Below the pieces are notes generated by a model. That model worked only from the letters and a program-made list of their open reading frames with translations. It was not told the DNA's origin and did no database searches. A stretch of 64,000 bases of DNA from Mustelus asterias (taxonomy: Eukaryota), in assembly GCF_964213995.1 (NCBI RefSeq), contig NW_027590253.1:496001-560000 (forward strand), in the 5' to 3' direction. This document shows, piece by piece, positions 13,425-27,374 of this stretch. The position numbers and the translations under genes are program-made. Each line of letters starts with the position of its first letter. The first letter of the stretch is position 1.

Positions 13425-13775
13425 GGAGGCGATGGTGTCATGGCAGTGTCACAGGACGAGTGACCCAGAGACTCAGGGTAATGCTCCGGGGACCCAGGTT
13501 CGAATCCTATTGTGGCAAATGGTGAAATATAAATTAGATGAAAATCTGGGATTAAATGTCTAATGATGATTAGAAATTATTGTCGATTGTCATAAAAGCC
13601 CATCTGGTTTACTGATGTCCTTTAGGGAAGCAAATCTGCCAACCTTATCTGGTCTGACCAACATGTAACTCCAGATCCACAGCAACATGGCTGCCTTTCA
13701 TTGCTCTCTCAGTTCAAGGACAATTAGGAATGGGCAATAAATGCTGCACCAGTGACACCCACATCCCATGAATAA
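13425..13775 (+). mobile_element. Second SINE family, DeuSINE/SacSINE1-like
   Basis: B-box ggttcgaatcc and core cccatctggtt..ctgatgtcctttagggaag..aatctgcc; repeated at ~17880, ~22262 and ~39410. Confidence 0.6.
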
Positions 13776-13859
13776 ATAAATGTTGACATTGTCTGTGGGG
13801 AGAGAATAGAGCCAACGTTTCGAGTCTAGATGACCCTTCATCAGAGGGGTCTGACCCCT

Positions 13860-15250
13860 CTTCTGTTTTTGTGAATGTTGCCATTGTTTATTATATTAAC
13901 CAAGGGATTTACTTCACCAAATAACATAAACTTCGTTCCACTCAGAGTCAGTCACAATTCATTTTTGACAAACAATATTTTTTATTTTCTCCAATTCAGC
14001 ACTAACAATTTCAATAAGCTCTTGAAGATCCCACCCAGAATAAAAAATATTGGCATCATCTGCAAACAAAACTAATTGTAATAACTTTGATACATTCCAA
14101 ATGTCATTAATATATAAAATAATCAATTTAAGGCCCAAAACAGATCCCTGTGAGACTCCACACAGAATATTCACAAAATCTGATTCACATCATCGACTGT
14201 TACAAATTGTTGAGATTTTCCAAATAACTTCTGAGCCACTTATTCACTACTCCCCTAATCCCTTGTATCCAGTGTTTTAAGTAATATTCCATGGCCAATT
14301 GTATCAAAATCTGTGTAAGATCAGTAGAAACCTCTATTGTAAATTGTCTTTCGTCATTTAGAATCATAGAAGTCATAGAAACCCTACAGTGCAGAAGGAG
14401 GCCATTCGGCCCATCGAGTCTGCACCGACCACATTCCCACCCAGGCCCTACCCCCACATATTTACCCGCTAATCCCTCTAACCTATGCATCTCAGGACTC
14501 TAAGGGGCAATTTTTAACCTGGCCAATCAACCTAACCCGCACATCTTTGGACTGTGGGAGGAAACAGGAGCACCCGGAGGAAACCCACGCAGACACGAGG
14601 AGAACATGCAAACTCCACACAGACAGTGACCCGAGCCGGGAATCGAACCCGGGACCCTGGAGCTGTGAAGCAGCAGTGCTAACCACTGTGCTACCGTGCC
14701 GCCCCAAATTCTCCACAAATTCCATCAGTGATAATGAGATAGACCGACTTGGTCTGACTATTACACAGTCAGTTACATTGAGCAATGGAATTATCAGACC
14801 ATTTAGCAAATGACTTCTCTTTTCTCTGAAAAATGAGAAAAGTGAGGACACTCTCCTGTAATTAGTATAATCACGTTTGTCTCCAGCTTTAAACCATGGA
14901 GTAACTTTGTCAATTTTCATTTTACAGGGAGATAGCCCAGTTTGAAAAGACCGGTTGCAAATATGTCAATGGTTTTACTCCACAATCAATAACCTGCTTA
15001 ACGATTGACATCTCAGTATTGTCTGAATTTGTAGTTTTTTTATTCTTATGATATTTAACAATATCAATGACCTCCTTTCCATCAACACCTCTAAAACGTG
15101 AGATGGGATGAAGAGGTGGATATTTTCTCTTGGAACTTTTAACATCATTGTCCATGAACTCCGTTAAAAAGAAATCCACATTTGGAAGCCCAGCCATTAT
15201 ATGAAATATCAGCACTATAACAGGGGAAGATAAGAAAGACAGACATATTG
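13860..15250 (-). mobile_element. Degenerate non-LTR retrotransposon RT fragment (L2/CR1 group), interrupted by a SINE
   Basis: Broken ORFs GVSQGSVLG..LYINDI..LFADDANIF, GIRGVVNKWLRSYL, KVTPWFKAGDK..TNYRRVS. Confidence 0.7.
14360..14705 (-). mobile_element. HE1-like SINE
   Basis: Close reverse-complement copy of 5259-5598. Confidence 0.85.
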
Positions 15251-17879
15251 ATCTTTTCATCAACATATCTGAGAGTTAAGAATGTGTGACATGATTTTGG
15301 GACACCGGAGTGAGTGTGCAGATGTGATTTGTTACATGTGAAAAATAGCAAGCCTAAATTCATGGTGAGATGGAGTGAGGAGCGGGTCCCAAACACACAC
15401 AGCTACTTGAGACACAGCAGGAGATGAAATGGTTAATGTGGCCAGGGGATTGAGACAACATTGTGACATCATCAAGGCACTGACACTCCAGAGAGAAACT
15501 GAGTTCAAAACAATCAGGGTCCAATTAAACACACTGCACATGGGCACACAGTGAGGAAAATTAAAATAAAATGGATAATATTATAGATTAGGACAATTAA
15601 CCGCTTGGGAGAAATAATAGAGTAAGAACTGTCCACAAGTTGGATAGGGGTAAAGAGAGAGCTGGAGAATCTTTTGCATCCATGCTTGATCTGTTGCTTG
15701 AAGCATCTGTCCTTTTGTACAAGTAACCTGGAACTCACGGTGCTCCTTCAGGAGTTGGAAAGACCGATTAGATGTTACCCCAGGCAGGGCCAGAACAGAA
15801 CTGGAAAATAACGGATTGAAATTGAGTGAGTGTCAGAGAGAGAGTTCTCCTCCCCCCTCAAGGTGTGGACTGTAAGAATCCTGGGGGACCCCCTACTTTG
15901 GGTTTTCTTGCTAATTAGTGAATATTATATTAGATTCTATGACTGGCTGTGCATTGATTTTGAATTTGATTGTGACACTTCTCCTGTTTTTATTCCTGTT
16001 GTGATTACACTCTGGGTAAGGATGGTTGACAGGTGACAGGATGGGAAATTGTGGTTTGGATCTTCATTGACCAAATGTTTTATTGATCCGAAAGGTGTAA
16101 AAGGGGCAAAACTTCAGCAGAAATCCAGCAGAGCTGAGAACAGACGACTTGCTGTGTGGGAACAGGGAGATAAACAGCTCCCAGAGGACAGAGAAAACAA
16201 GAGTGCCTTGAATCCTGGATGACACCAGGGTGTCACGGCCACCATGTTTTCACTGTTTGGCATGGGAATGCTGACTCCCTGTACCAGGGACGGAGCGTGG
16301 GAAGACAATTGTTTGAGAGTTTGACGTGGCTTGGGCAGGTACAGATGGTTCAATGACAGGTTTTGTAATTGGTCCGTTCAAATGTTAGCTGGGCAATGAT
16401 TGGGTTAAATCAGTCTCCATAGACTTTGTGATGTAAAAAAGTATGAGAAGGGATTCCCCGAGCACAGAGATTAGTCGAGGTTTTACATTTTGCATTGACT
16501 GGTGCCATGGCATCTGGGGCAGAGCAGGGAGCATTTCCGTGGAGATGCTGCTTCTACCCAGAGTGTAATGGTAATGCTGCTGCACCTTGATACGACTGCT
16601 CAGACATTAGCCTGTGTCAGCTCTTATTGATACTGAATAAAATCTAACCACTGTCACCAATAAGGGTTATCACTGGCAATCATTTCAGAGTTTGGGAAAA
16701 GGGGAGAAAGGATTAATTGACTCCCTGAAGCCCATTTTCTAACATCACTGAGTCAAAAATAAAATCCCATCTCCCCCTCTGACTCCTTTGCCAATTAGCT
16801 TAGAGAGGCTCACTTTCTGTTAAAGAGCCTGCCAACCCCTCTCACCCACTTTCCCTAAAGTGCATCAATCTCATCAGGAAAAGTCCAGTACAATCAAATA
16901 TTTTTACTGATAAAAGTTTATTAATGAAACAGAACATGGTTAAAACAAACAGAAAGTGACTTGAGGATCAAAGACAACCAGAGTAAAGGGATGTTCACAA
17001 TGTTCTGGACACAACTGGATTCTCTTCAGCTCCTCTGTCCCCTGTTCCTGTGACTCCCCGCTTTGGACACAGGGACACTGAACCCTGGGGGGTCACCATC
17101 AGCCCTGGTCACCTCCTCTGGTGCCTTGATTGGTTGGAGGCCCATTTCCCAGTCAGTTCTCCAGTACCTTCCTGTCTCTCTATTAGTGCGACCCCCAGGG
17201 CAGTTTCCCAACTGGGGCGCAGGCCCCGTTATTCTCAGCTAAATGCTGCCCTCAGCTCCATCGCCTGGCTGTCATTGACACGAGCAACAGAGACAGAAAG
17301 GTACCCCAGGCTCAAATGGGAAGTTGAAACTTGTGGGTCTAAATCAACACTTCAACATTTGTCAGTCAAATCCATGTTATTTACACTGGGAGTTTTTATG
17401 ATGAGATTAATTGAAGTGTTCGGCCAGTCAGCAAACTCGAGAAGCACTGATTCCAGATTGTTCAATACTTCTACCTTGAATCACAAAAGCTTCTCACTTT
17501 ATCCCCTTCCTGAACTGAATTCCATTATCCTGAGCAGCTGTGGGTGTCACCTCTCTGTGTAAACTCCTGCCCCTTTTTATAAGGCTCTCTCATTCCTTAT
17601 TGTGGGTCAATTCTTTAATGGTTGAGGATCGCTCTGTGATGTAGTGAGTGTTTATCCGGTCAATCAATGTTTCTGATGTCAGTCGGAACGTCCATCGTTA
17701 CTTTTCACCTGTTTCTCACTCTGTGTTTTATAAAAATAAAGTTTATAAACTTTTACAGAATGGTCAGCTTTAAGGTTTCTGTAGTTGGTGATGAGGTCAT
17801 CCAAAGGTCAAACCTTTCTCTTTTCTCCTTCCCGTTTAACGAAGGGTTGTGTGGAATATTCCATTCGGGGGGAGGTGGT

Positions 17880-18245
17880 GGGAATGTCGCTGGCCGAGTA
17901 ATGCAGAGACCCAGCAAAGGATCCGGGGACAGGCAGCTGGTGGGATTTGAATTCAGTGAATCAATCTGGAATTATATAAAGTTAGTCTCAGAAACGGTGA
18001 CCATGAAACTATCGACTGTTGTAAAAACCCATCCAGTTCACCCTATTAATGCTCCCTATTAGGGAGGGAAATCTGCCATCCTTACCCGGTCTGGCCTACA
18101 TGTGAATCGAGACCCACACAGCAATGTGGGTGACTCTTAACTGTCCCTCTGAAATGGCTGAGCAAGTCACTCCGTTCAGGGGCAATTTGGAGCTGAGCAA
18201 CGTGTGCTGGGGCTTTGCCAGCAGTGTCCACATCCCAGGAGAGAA
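17880..18245 (+). mobile_element. DeuSINE/SacSINE1-like SINE
   Basis: Shares core with the 13425 and 22262 copies. Confidence 0.6.
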
Positions 18246-18884
18246 TAAAGAATATTCCACGGAAAGTGATGGGTGATTTGAAATGAATTGAAAGTAGGTC
18301 AGGAGGTGCTCGTATCGTCCAGAGCTGCTTTTCAATGGATCCTCCTGTTTAAAATAAAAACACATCAGTGTGCCCCTTTCCCAGACGCACTGACCTTGGA
18401 ATATCACAATGCTGTTTTTAAACATTCCTTTGTTAAAGAATTAGTCATTTAGAATTGTGAAACAGACAGAAATTGAATGTTCCGTTTTTCCTGGGATCCT
18501 CCTGTGCCTGGCACCAGTGTCCTGAACAAGGTTATTAACATTCTCTGGGTTAAAAGTTCCTCCTGGTTCTTGCTGTCTGTTGTGTCCTTTGTCACAGTCG
18601 GTACCAGGACATTTCTATTGAAAGGTTGTTAAGAAATTCCAGTGAATTCCAGCCCCTTGTGTAACGTTCCATTTGGTGTGCGTCAGATTCAGAGATGTCC
18701 ACGTGTGTGTGAAAAGGGTTCTGGGTAAGGGTTTTAACCCTTCTTTCCCCGTTAGTAACAATGAGCCCTGTATTCAATTCTAAAGTATAAAGTCCTCATT
18801 AGATATCAATTCTACCTGTTATCTACATTTCACCAACCAGTCTATATTTTCATCACAGGACTGCAGTGGGAGCACCGTCAACAT

Positions 18885-19135
18885 CTTACTGACTTGATCG
18901 ATTTTATCGAGGAGGTGACGAAGGTGATCGATGAGGGTAGAGCAGTGGATGTTGTGTACATGGATTTTAGTAAGGCTTTCGACAAGGTCCCTCATGGTCG
19001 GCTCATCCAGAAGATTAAGATGCATGGGATTCACGGTCACTTGGCCACTTGGATTCAGAATTGACTTGCCCATAGAAGTCAGAGAGTAGTGGTGAGGGTG
19101 TTTTTCTGACTGGAAGTCAGTGACTAGTGGCGTTC
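18885..19135 (+). mobile_element. CR1 RT fragment
   Basis: EEVTKVIDEGRAVDVVYMDFSKAFDKVPHGRL. Confidence 0.8.
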
Positions 19136-19219
19136 TATTTGTGATCTCCATTTAGAAAAAGGAAATAGAGACACTGGAGAAGGGGCAAGAAAGATTCACA
19201 AGAATAATCCCAGAACTGT

Positions 19220-19677
19220 AATCACTTGTGAACTCACTGGTGTTTCACCAAGTTTGCTGACTCAGTGAATCCCTTCCCAGTCAGAGCAGGTGACCAGCCT
19301 CTGCCTGGTGTGAACTCACTGGTGGGACATTAGTTCCCAAGAGCTTTTGAAGCCACGCCCACATTTAAAGGGTCTCTCCTGGGTGTGATGATGTTGTGTC
19401 TGGGCAGGCTGGATAACCGAGTAAATCCTTTCGCACACACCGAGCAGGTGAATGGTTTCTCCCCGGTGTGAACTCACTGGTGTTTCAGCAGTGTTGATGA
19501 TATTCTAAACCTCCTTGAACAGTGAGAGCAGCTGAACGGCCTCTCCCCGGTGTGAATGTGCTCGGGGATCATCAGTTCCTGAGAGCTTCTGAAGCCGGCC
19601 TCTCAGGCAGAGCATTTAAAGGGGCTCTCCTTGGAGTGAGTGGCTTTGTGTCTCAGCAGGCTGGATGAAGCAGTGAA
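19220..19677 (-). pseudogene. Decayed zinc-finger repeats downstream of the ZNF-C stop
   Basis: Finger-coding motifs (cagtgagttcacaccggggaga...ttcacctgct) continue with further stops and indels. Confidence 0.75.
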
Positions 19678-20961
19678 TCACTTCCCACACACAGAGCAGG
19701 TGAACGGCCTTTCCCCGGTGTGAACTCGCTGGTGTGTCTGCAGGTTGTATAATGTTCTAAATCTCTTTGTGCAGTGAGAGCAGCTGAACGGTCTCTCCTC
19801 AGTGTGAATGCGCTGGTGGGACACCAGATCCTGAGAGCTTTTGAATCCACTCCCACAGTCAGAGCATTTAAACGGTTTCTCATTGGTGTGAGTGGCTTTG
19901 TGTTTCTGCAGGCTGGATGACTGAGTGAATCCCTTCCCACACACAGAGCAGGTGAATGGTCTCTCCCCAGTGTGAACTCGCTGATGTTCCCACAGGCTGG
20001 ATGACCTTTTAAATCTCTTTGAGCAGTGAGAGCAGCTGAACGGTCTCTCCTCAGTGTGAATGCGCTGGTGGGACACCAGATCCTGAGAGCTTTTGAATCC
20101 GCTCCCACAGTCAGAGCATTTAAATGGTCTCTCATTGGTGTGAGTGACTTTGTGTGTGTGCAGGTTTGATGAATGAGTGAATCCCTTCCCACACACTGAG
20201 CAGGTGAACGGTCTCTCCCCGGTGTGAACTCGCTGGTGTCTCCGCAGGTCAGATGAAGTTCTAAATTTCTTTGAGCAGTGAGAACAGCTGAACGGTCTCT
20301 CCTCAGTGTGAATGCGCTGGTGGATCATCGGTTCCCCAGAGCTTTTGAAACCACTCCCACAGTCAGAGCATTTCAATGGTCTCTCATTGGTGTGAGTGAG
20401 ATTGTGTTTCAGCAGGTGGGATAACTGAGTGAATCCCTTCCCACACACAGAGCAGGTGAATGGTCTCTCCCCAGTGTGAACTCCCTGGTGTGTTTGTAAA
20501 TGGGATGACTGAGTGAATCCCTTCCCGCACACAGAGCAGGTGAATGGTCTCTCCCCAGTGTGAACTCGCTGGTGTATCTTCAGGTTGGATGAAGTTCTAA
20601 ATTTCTTTGTGCAGTGAGAGCAGGTGAACGGTCTCTCCTCAATGTGAGTGCGCTGGTGGGACACCAGTTCCCCAGAGCTTTTGAAGCCACTCCCACAGTC
20701 AGAGCATTTAAATGGTCTCTCAATGGTGTGAGTGAGATTGTGTTTCTGCAGGCTGGATAAATGAGTGAATCCCTTCCCAGAGCAGGTGAATGGCCTCTCC
20801 CCAGTGTGAACTCGTTGGTGTCTCTGCAGATTAGGTAAGTCAGTGAATCCCTCCCCAAACACAGAGCAGGTGAATGGCCTCTCCCCAGTGTGACTGCGTT
20901 GATGAATTTCCAGAAGAGATGGGAACATGAATCTCTTCCCACATTTCCATGGTTTCTCCAT
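19678..20961 (-). CDS. Tandem C2H2 zinc-finger protein (ZNF-C), truncated by a premature stop; possibly a pseudogene
   Basis: ATG at 20961 (MEKPWKC); the first three fingers lack a Cys, about 12 intact fingers follow, and the ORF ends mid-finger at CSVCGK* (GGA>TGA). Confidence 0.75.
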   Translation of the reverse strand: MEKPWKCGKRFMFPSLLEIHQRSHTGERPFTCSVFGEGFTDLPNLQRHQRVHTGERPFTCSGKGFTHLSSLQKHNLTHTIERPFKCSDCGSGFKSSGELVSHQRTHIEERPFTCSHCTKKFRTSSNLKIHQRVHTGERPFTCSVCGKGFTQSSHLQTHQGVHTGERPFTCSVCGKGFTQLSHLLKHNLTHTNERPLKCSDCGSGFKSSGEPMIHQRIHTEERPFSCSHCSKKFRTSSDLRRHQRVHTGERPFTCSVCGKGFTHSSNLHTHKVTHTNERPFKCSDCGSGFKSSQDLVSHQRIHTEERPFSCSHCSKRFKRSSSLWEHQRVHTGERPFTCSVCGKGFTQSSSLQKHKATHTNEKPFKCSDCGSGFKSSQDLVSHQRIHTEERPFSCSHCTKRFRTLYNLQTHQRVHTGERPFTCSVCGK

Positions 20962-22261
20962 GGTGCGGGTGTCCTTGTGACTCTCCAGGTTAAACAATCA
21001 GTTAAATCTGACACAGAACACGGGTACAGTCTCTCCCTGCTGTGAATGCTGCGATGTATTTTCAGGCTGTGTAACTGGTTAAAGCTCTTTCCACACTCAG
21101 TGCACTGGAACACTCTCACTCGGGTGTGTGTATTTCACTGCATTTCTAGTGAAAGTGATGTTTACAATCTTTTGAAGCCAAGAGGCCAAACAAACATTTC
21201 TCCTGCTAGCGTCAAAGGCCGATGATATTCAGGTCTCAAGAAGTCGAGTCACTCTGTCAGATCTCGATGTGATGTTGGAGATTTCTGTCTGATTTCTCCT
21301 TGTCTAATATCCTGTAAATCAATTTAGAAAAAAAATCACAATTCAGAATACGATCAATATTCAAATCTACATTGCTAGTTTATGGAGCGTTCATTAAAGA
21401 CACAGTCATGGAGCATTAAACTTGCCCAGCAGGGCCTCCCGTATCAGCACACAGGCAGCTGCTTTGTGAGACTGCCAGCAGTACAGACAAGTCAGAGATA
21501 AGGGTGTCCTCAGAAGTGGGATTCATTGTGAAAGCTCAGGGCGGTTGATAAGATGCAGCAATTCTATGATTCTAATGAACGTTCTTTCCTCTCCCATTCC
21601 CCAAAAGACGTGAGCCTCCATCCCGCACACTCTCCCTCCATTCTCACTCTGCTGTATCTAATATTCACCCTCCCAATTCTCCTGAAGGTGCTGATTGAGG
21701 CTGATTGACAGATCCATGCTCACTGCTTCCTGTCCAGCACAGAAATCAGAACAAATAGGAGCTGCAGTCAGCATTCGGCCCATCGAGTCTGCTCAACCAT
21801 TCATTCAGATTATTGGTTGATCTACCTCTGCATTATTTTCCCCACACTGTCCCCCATATCCATCGATATCTTCAATATCTAGAAACCTATCAATCCCTCT
21901 CTTGAAAATTCTTGATGACTGAGGCTCTATAGTCCTCTGCGGTAGAGAATCCAAAACATCACCACATCCTTGAGTGAAGAAATCCTTCCTCATCTGAGCT
22001 TTCTCTCCATTTTCCAGCCTGTTCCCAATAATTATTGACTCCCTCGTCATTCAAAAACTGTCTAACTCATCCTTGAATATATTCAATCCCTCCACTGGTC
22101 CCTATGCAAGAGAAATCTAGATACTAACAATTCTCTGAGGGAGGAGATTGTTGGAAATATACAATATAGCTGCAGTCCAAAATTACACAGCCAGATATAA
22201 TAAGTGTATTTTATTACAGAGCTATAAATAATATATCTAATCTGTACCATATAAGAACAGG

Positions 22262-22650
22262 GGAGCTGATAACCTCGTGGTATTATCGCTGGACTATTAA
22301 TCCAGAAACTTAGTTAATGTTCTGAGGACCCAGGTTCGAATCCTGCCACGGCAGATGGTGGAATTTGAATTTAAAAACAAAATCTAGAATTAAGAATCTA
22401 CTGATGACCATGAAACCATTGTCGATTGACCAGAAAAACCCATCTGGTTCATTAATGTGCTTTAGGGAAGGAAATCTGCCGTCCTGACCTTGTCTGGCCT
22501 ACATGTGACTCCAGAGGCCACAGCAATGTAGTTGACTCTTAACCAGCTTCTGAAATGGCCCAGCGAGCCATTCAGTTCAAGGGCAATTAGGGATGGGCAA
22601 TAAATGCTGGCCCAGCCGGCAATGCCCGTGTCGCAAGGATGAATTAAAAA
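22262..22650 (+). mobile_element. DeuSINE/SacSINE1-like SINE
   Basis: ggttcgaatcc B-box plus shared core; A-rich tail. Confidence 0.65.
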
Positions 22651-23460
22651 AAAACATCAGACACGTCTCTGTCTGATATTAGTTTCCTGTCCCCTTTAAT
22701 ATATTTCAGAAATTAGATGGGCACATGAAGGAAATAAAGTTGCAGGGGAAAGGGAATATAGAAAGGGAATGGGACTGACTGGATTCTTCTACAGAGAGTC
22801 AGCATGGATTCGAGTTACTGAATGGACTCCTTCTGCGCTGTAATGACTCAATGAGTGAAAATATATAACATAGCTTCAGTGCTACATTACAAAGCGAGAA
22901 ATAATAATAATAAATGTACTTTGTTACAGAACCATAAATATTACACCAAATCTACAATATAACAACACAAGGCATATCTCTGCCCTATATATTAATTTAT
23001 TGTCCTTTTAAATGTCAGCCATCACCTGGGGAAACCAGCCCTTTAATTGTGAACATTAGGAAAGGGACCTTTTAGCCAGACAAATCAATGTGTCAAGCTG
23101 AGGGAGCAAAGGATGTCAATGTCTTTAAGAGAAAGAGAAACCTGGGCCAACCTTTCCAGAGTCGGCACCCTCCCTGGATTCACTCCGTTTCCCTTCAGTT
23201 GCTGTAAGTCCCCATTTTCCCCAGAATGAGAAAAGAAATGGAAAGGGGGAGAAAAGAAAGTGTTTTACTCACAGATGTTGATGATTGGAGGAAGGTTTGA
23301 GTCTGTGTCTGAAGCTCAATGTTCATTCAGACCTCTTTTTTAGGTCAAACCAAGTAAGCAAACTCAAATTAAATCAGGACAAAGTAAAAGGGGCAGCTCC
23401 CCAAAAAGGAGGAGGGAACAGCCCGAACAGAAATCAAAATGCAAAGGAAACTTAAAAACA

Positions 23461-26400
23461 TCAAATTAAAATGTGGTTATTAGGGTCAATAATGCACCCC
23501 AACCCCTGCGGTGCCCAGCGGGCGCGGAAAGCGTCAACCTCGCCCGTGGACACCGCATGCTCCCTCTCCAGGGACACCTGGCCGTGAACGTAGCCGCGGT
23601 AGAGGGGAAGACAGTCAGGATGGACGGCCCCCTCGATCGCCCGCTGCCTGGACCGGTAAATGGCGCGTTTCGCCAGGCCCAGGAGCAGGTTCACGAGGAG
23701 GTCGCCATCCCGACCCTCCCCTCTCCGCACCGGGTGTCCGTAGATCAGGAGCGTGGGACTGAAGTGCAAACAAAACATCAATAAAAGGTTCTTCAGGAAA
23801 ACATAAAGGGAGTGCAGCCTAAGACACTCAACATAGACATGGTCCACGGACTCCACAAGGCCACAGAAAGGGCAGTCTTCGGAGCCCGTGAACCAGTGAA
23901 TCCTACGGTTGTGCGGAACTGCTGCATGCATCACCCTCCACCCCAGGTCCCCGACGTAATTGGGGGAGATCCCTCCGTAGAGGGACCTCCAGCGGGGACC
24001 TCCGCTGCCCGGCGGCAACAAGGCCCGCCAAGGTGTATCCGGGCGACAGGCGAGGAGGCGGTAGTGGAAGGTGTGCAGCAGCAGCCCGCACAGGAAACGC
24101 CTCCGCGCGGTAGAAAAAGGCACGGAGGGCATTTCCGCGAGGCGGCTCAGGCTGTGGGGCACCTCACCCAGGGGAGGGGGCTGAGGCTTTGGGCCAATGT
24201 GGAATTCCGCCCGAACAGGGGAACGCTCGGGCGGGATCCCACCGCACGCCTGCGCCGTCTCAAGTTTGCGTGCAGTTTCGGGGCCGAGCACGACCGTCCT
24301 AAGGTCTAGGATGGCTTTGGCCGCGCGCCGGACGGACGTCCCCGCGCGCTCAGCCAGCACGCGGGGACTCATCCAGCCCGCTCCTCCGCCATCGAGCACG
24401 TCCCCGATTCTGGTCACCCCGGCGTCCACAGCCCCCCTCTCCGCCAGCCACCTGAAGTTATATGGCTGGAGGAGCGGATTCCTGAGCAGCGGCTCTCGCA
24501 CGAGAGCCGCTACTCCTGACGGGGGAGAGCTGCGTCGCGAGACGACCTTGTTCCAGACAGTGAGGAGGTCCTGGTAAAAGACGGGCAACTCCTGCAGGGT
24601 GGTCGAAGCACGCCCCAGTTCGATATGCAGGAGCTGCACGTCATAATTGAGGCCGTGCCACTGGCGGAAGAAATACGTCGCCATGGCACACCACTGTGGA
24701 GGGGGCTCAACGTAAAGGTACCTCTGCAGGGCCTGGAGGCGGAAGGTCGCTATCTGAGTGCGGAGGCACACCAGACCTTGTCCGCCCTCCTCAAGCGGGA
24801 GATACAGGACCGCAGCAGGGACCCAGTGCAGTCGATTGCCCCAGAAGAACCGCACGAGGGTTCTCTGGATATCGGTGACAAAGCCAGGGGGAGGGGTCAA
24901 AGGGACCAGCCGGTACCACAGCATGGAGGCGACCAGCTGGTTTATGACGCGAGCTCGCGCCCCGTAGGACAGCACTCGGAGCAGTCCTGTCCAGCGACCC
25001 AGGCGGGCGGAGACTTTGGCCTCCAGCTCCCGCCAGTTCGCCGGCCAGGATTCCTCGGCTGGGCAGAGATGGGCCCCCAAGTAGAGGAGGTCGGTCCTGC
25101 TCCAGGTGAAAGGCCTGAGCTCCTCCGGGAGGGGGTCCGTCTCCCAAGGACCGACAAGGAGTCCGGAGCACTTGGCCCAGTTGATCCTGGCGGAGGACGC
25201 GGCGGAGTACACCGCCTGGCATTCTCGCATCCTCCGCAGGTCAGCCGGGTCCGTGAACATGAGGAGCACGTCGTCGGCGTAAGCTGACAGGACCACCCCT
25301 ACGTCCGGTCCGCGCAGGACCAAACCTGACAACCTCCTCCGCAAGAGGCGCAGGAATGGCTCCACGCATACGGAATACAGTTGGCCGGACAAGGGGCAGC
25401 CCTGCCGTACTCCTCTCCCGAAGCGAAGGGGCGCCGTCAGGGACCCGTTAACCTTAATCAGACACTCTGCGGCAGAGTACAGTAATCGGATCCGGGCGAC
25501 AAAACGCGTCCCGAACCCGAATGCCCGCAGAGTCCCGAGTAAATACTCGTGCTCCACCCTGTCGAACGCCTTCTCCTGATCTAATGACAAGAAGGCGCCC
25601 GACAGACCAGCCCTCTGGGTGTGATGGATTAGGTCCCGGACCAGGTGGAGATTGTCATGTATGCAACGGCCCGGGACCGTGTAGGACTGGTCAGGGTGGA
25701 TCAAGTGGTCCAGCACGGATCCAAGGCGTGAAGCCATAGCCCTGGCAAAGATTTTATAATCCGTGCTGAGGAGGGAGACCGGGCGCCAGTTCTTGAGCAG
25801 GTGGAGATCCCCCTTCTTGGGCAGCAGGGCAATGATGGCCCTGCGCCACGAAAGGGGCATCTCCCCGGTAGCGACGCTCTCCCCCAGGACCCCCGCGTAG
25901 TCGCTCCCCAGGACATCCCAGAACGCCCTGAAGAACTCTACTGTCAGCCCGTCCAGCCCAGGGGCCTTGCCCCGGCTGAGGCCATTTAGGGCGCCGGTCA
26001 GCTCGGCCATGGTGGTAGGGGCCTCGAGCCTGCCGACGCCCTCCGGGCCGACCTGCGGCCCACAGAAGTCTGCGGGCATCCTCGCTGGACGGATCCGGAG
26101 AGAAGAGGGAGGTGTAATACTCCCGGGCAATGGCCCGGATGCCCTCCGGATCCGAGACGGGGGAACCGTCGTCGGCCAGCAGCGTAAGGAGCTGCTGACG
26201 GTTAGCCCGCCCTCTTTCCAGCGAGTAGAAGAAGGGGGAGCCGCGGTCCAGGTCCACCTGGAACTGGAGCCGTGACCTCACGTACGCGCCGCGAGACCTG
26301 GCAAGCTGCAGGTCCCGCAGCGCGTCCTTCTTCTCCCTGTACTCCGAACGCAGGGCCGGGTCCGCGTCAGGCCGACTGAGACGTGCCTCCAGGTCGAGCA

Positions 26401-27346
26401 CCTCCTTCTCCAACTCCTCGAGCCTGGATTTCCGCCTCTTTGTCGACCCCCTCGCGTACCCCTGACAGAAGGTACGGACGTGAGTCTTGCCCACATCCCA
26501 CCAGAGCCTCAAGGAGGGGAAGCCTCCCCGCTTCCTTCTCCAGCCGGCCCAGAATCGACGGAACGAGTCCAGGAAGCGCTCGTCCTCCAGCAGCATGTTG
26601 TTAAAGTGCCAGTACGCGGACCCCCGCCGGATGCGAGACGGCGCAAAGTCCGCCCACACCAGGCTGTGGTCCGTGCTCGACACCGACCGCATGGAGACCG
26701 AGGACACGCCGGACACGTGCGCCTTCGAAATGTAAAGGCGGTCGAGCCTGGACGCTCCGACTCCAGGCCTCACGAAAGTGAAGGCGCTGGAGCCAGGATG
26801 GAGATGTCTCCAGACGTCCACCAAGTCGTGGGACCCGATCAGGTCCCGCAACTTCACCACCGCCGGAGTGCGCAGCCAGGGGCCGGTGCGGTCCCGTGCC
26901 TCGAGGAGGCAGTTGAAATCTCCCCCGAGGATAATGCATTCGCCCCCCGCGATGGTGTCGATGTGAGCGGACACTTTCTCGTAGAAAGTCGTTTGCTGCG
27001 GTCCAGCGGTCGGGGCGTAGACATTCAGCAAGTGAATGACCACGCCCCCCTCACGGACCGTCAAGTGCAGCAACCGGCCTGGCACCGGCTCCTTGACCCC
27101 CAAGATCTCCGGCTTATAACGCGGGGCCAACAAGATAGCCACCCCGCAAGAAGCGAGCGTGAGGTGGCTCATGTAGACCCCCCCTCGCCACTCCAGGAGC
27201 CATTGGGCTTCGTCTCCCGGAACGGTGTGGGTTTCCTGCAGGAAACACACCGCATACTTCCCGTCACGGAGGACCGAGAAGTTCTGGAACCTGCGGTGTG
27301 GCCCACTGCTGCCGTTGATGTTGAGGCTGGCTATGGTCACCTTCAT
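23461..27346 (-). pseudogene. Tx1 ORF2 (endonuclease - reverse transcriptase - Cys-rich domain), one frameshift near 26060
   Basis: MKVTIASLNING..LQETH..GGDFN..SRLDR..TDH (APE) in 25754-27346; GKAPGLDG, NWRPVSLL, GVRQGCPLS, YADD, CPFC..ESVDHVYVEC in 23461-26130. Confidence 0.9.
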
Positions 27347-27374
27347 GTCAGCAGCTTTGTGCCACCGTCACCAC

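Noticed and set aside
15270-17800. Possible solo LTR-like sequences
   Set aside because: No paired LTR, primer-binding site or retroviral ORF could be supported by eye
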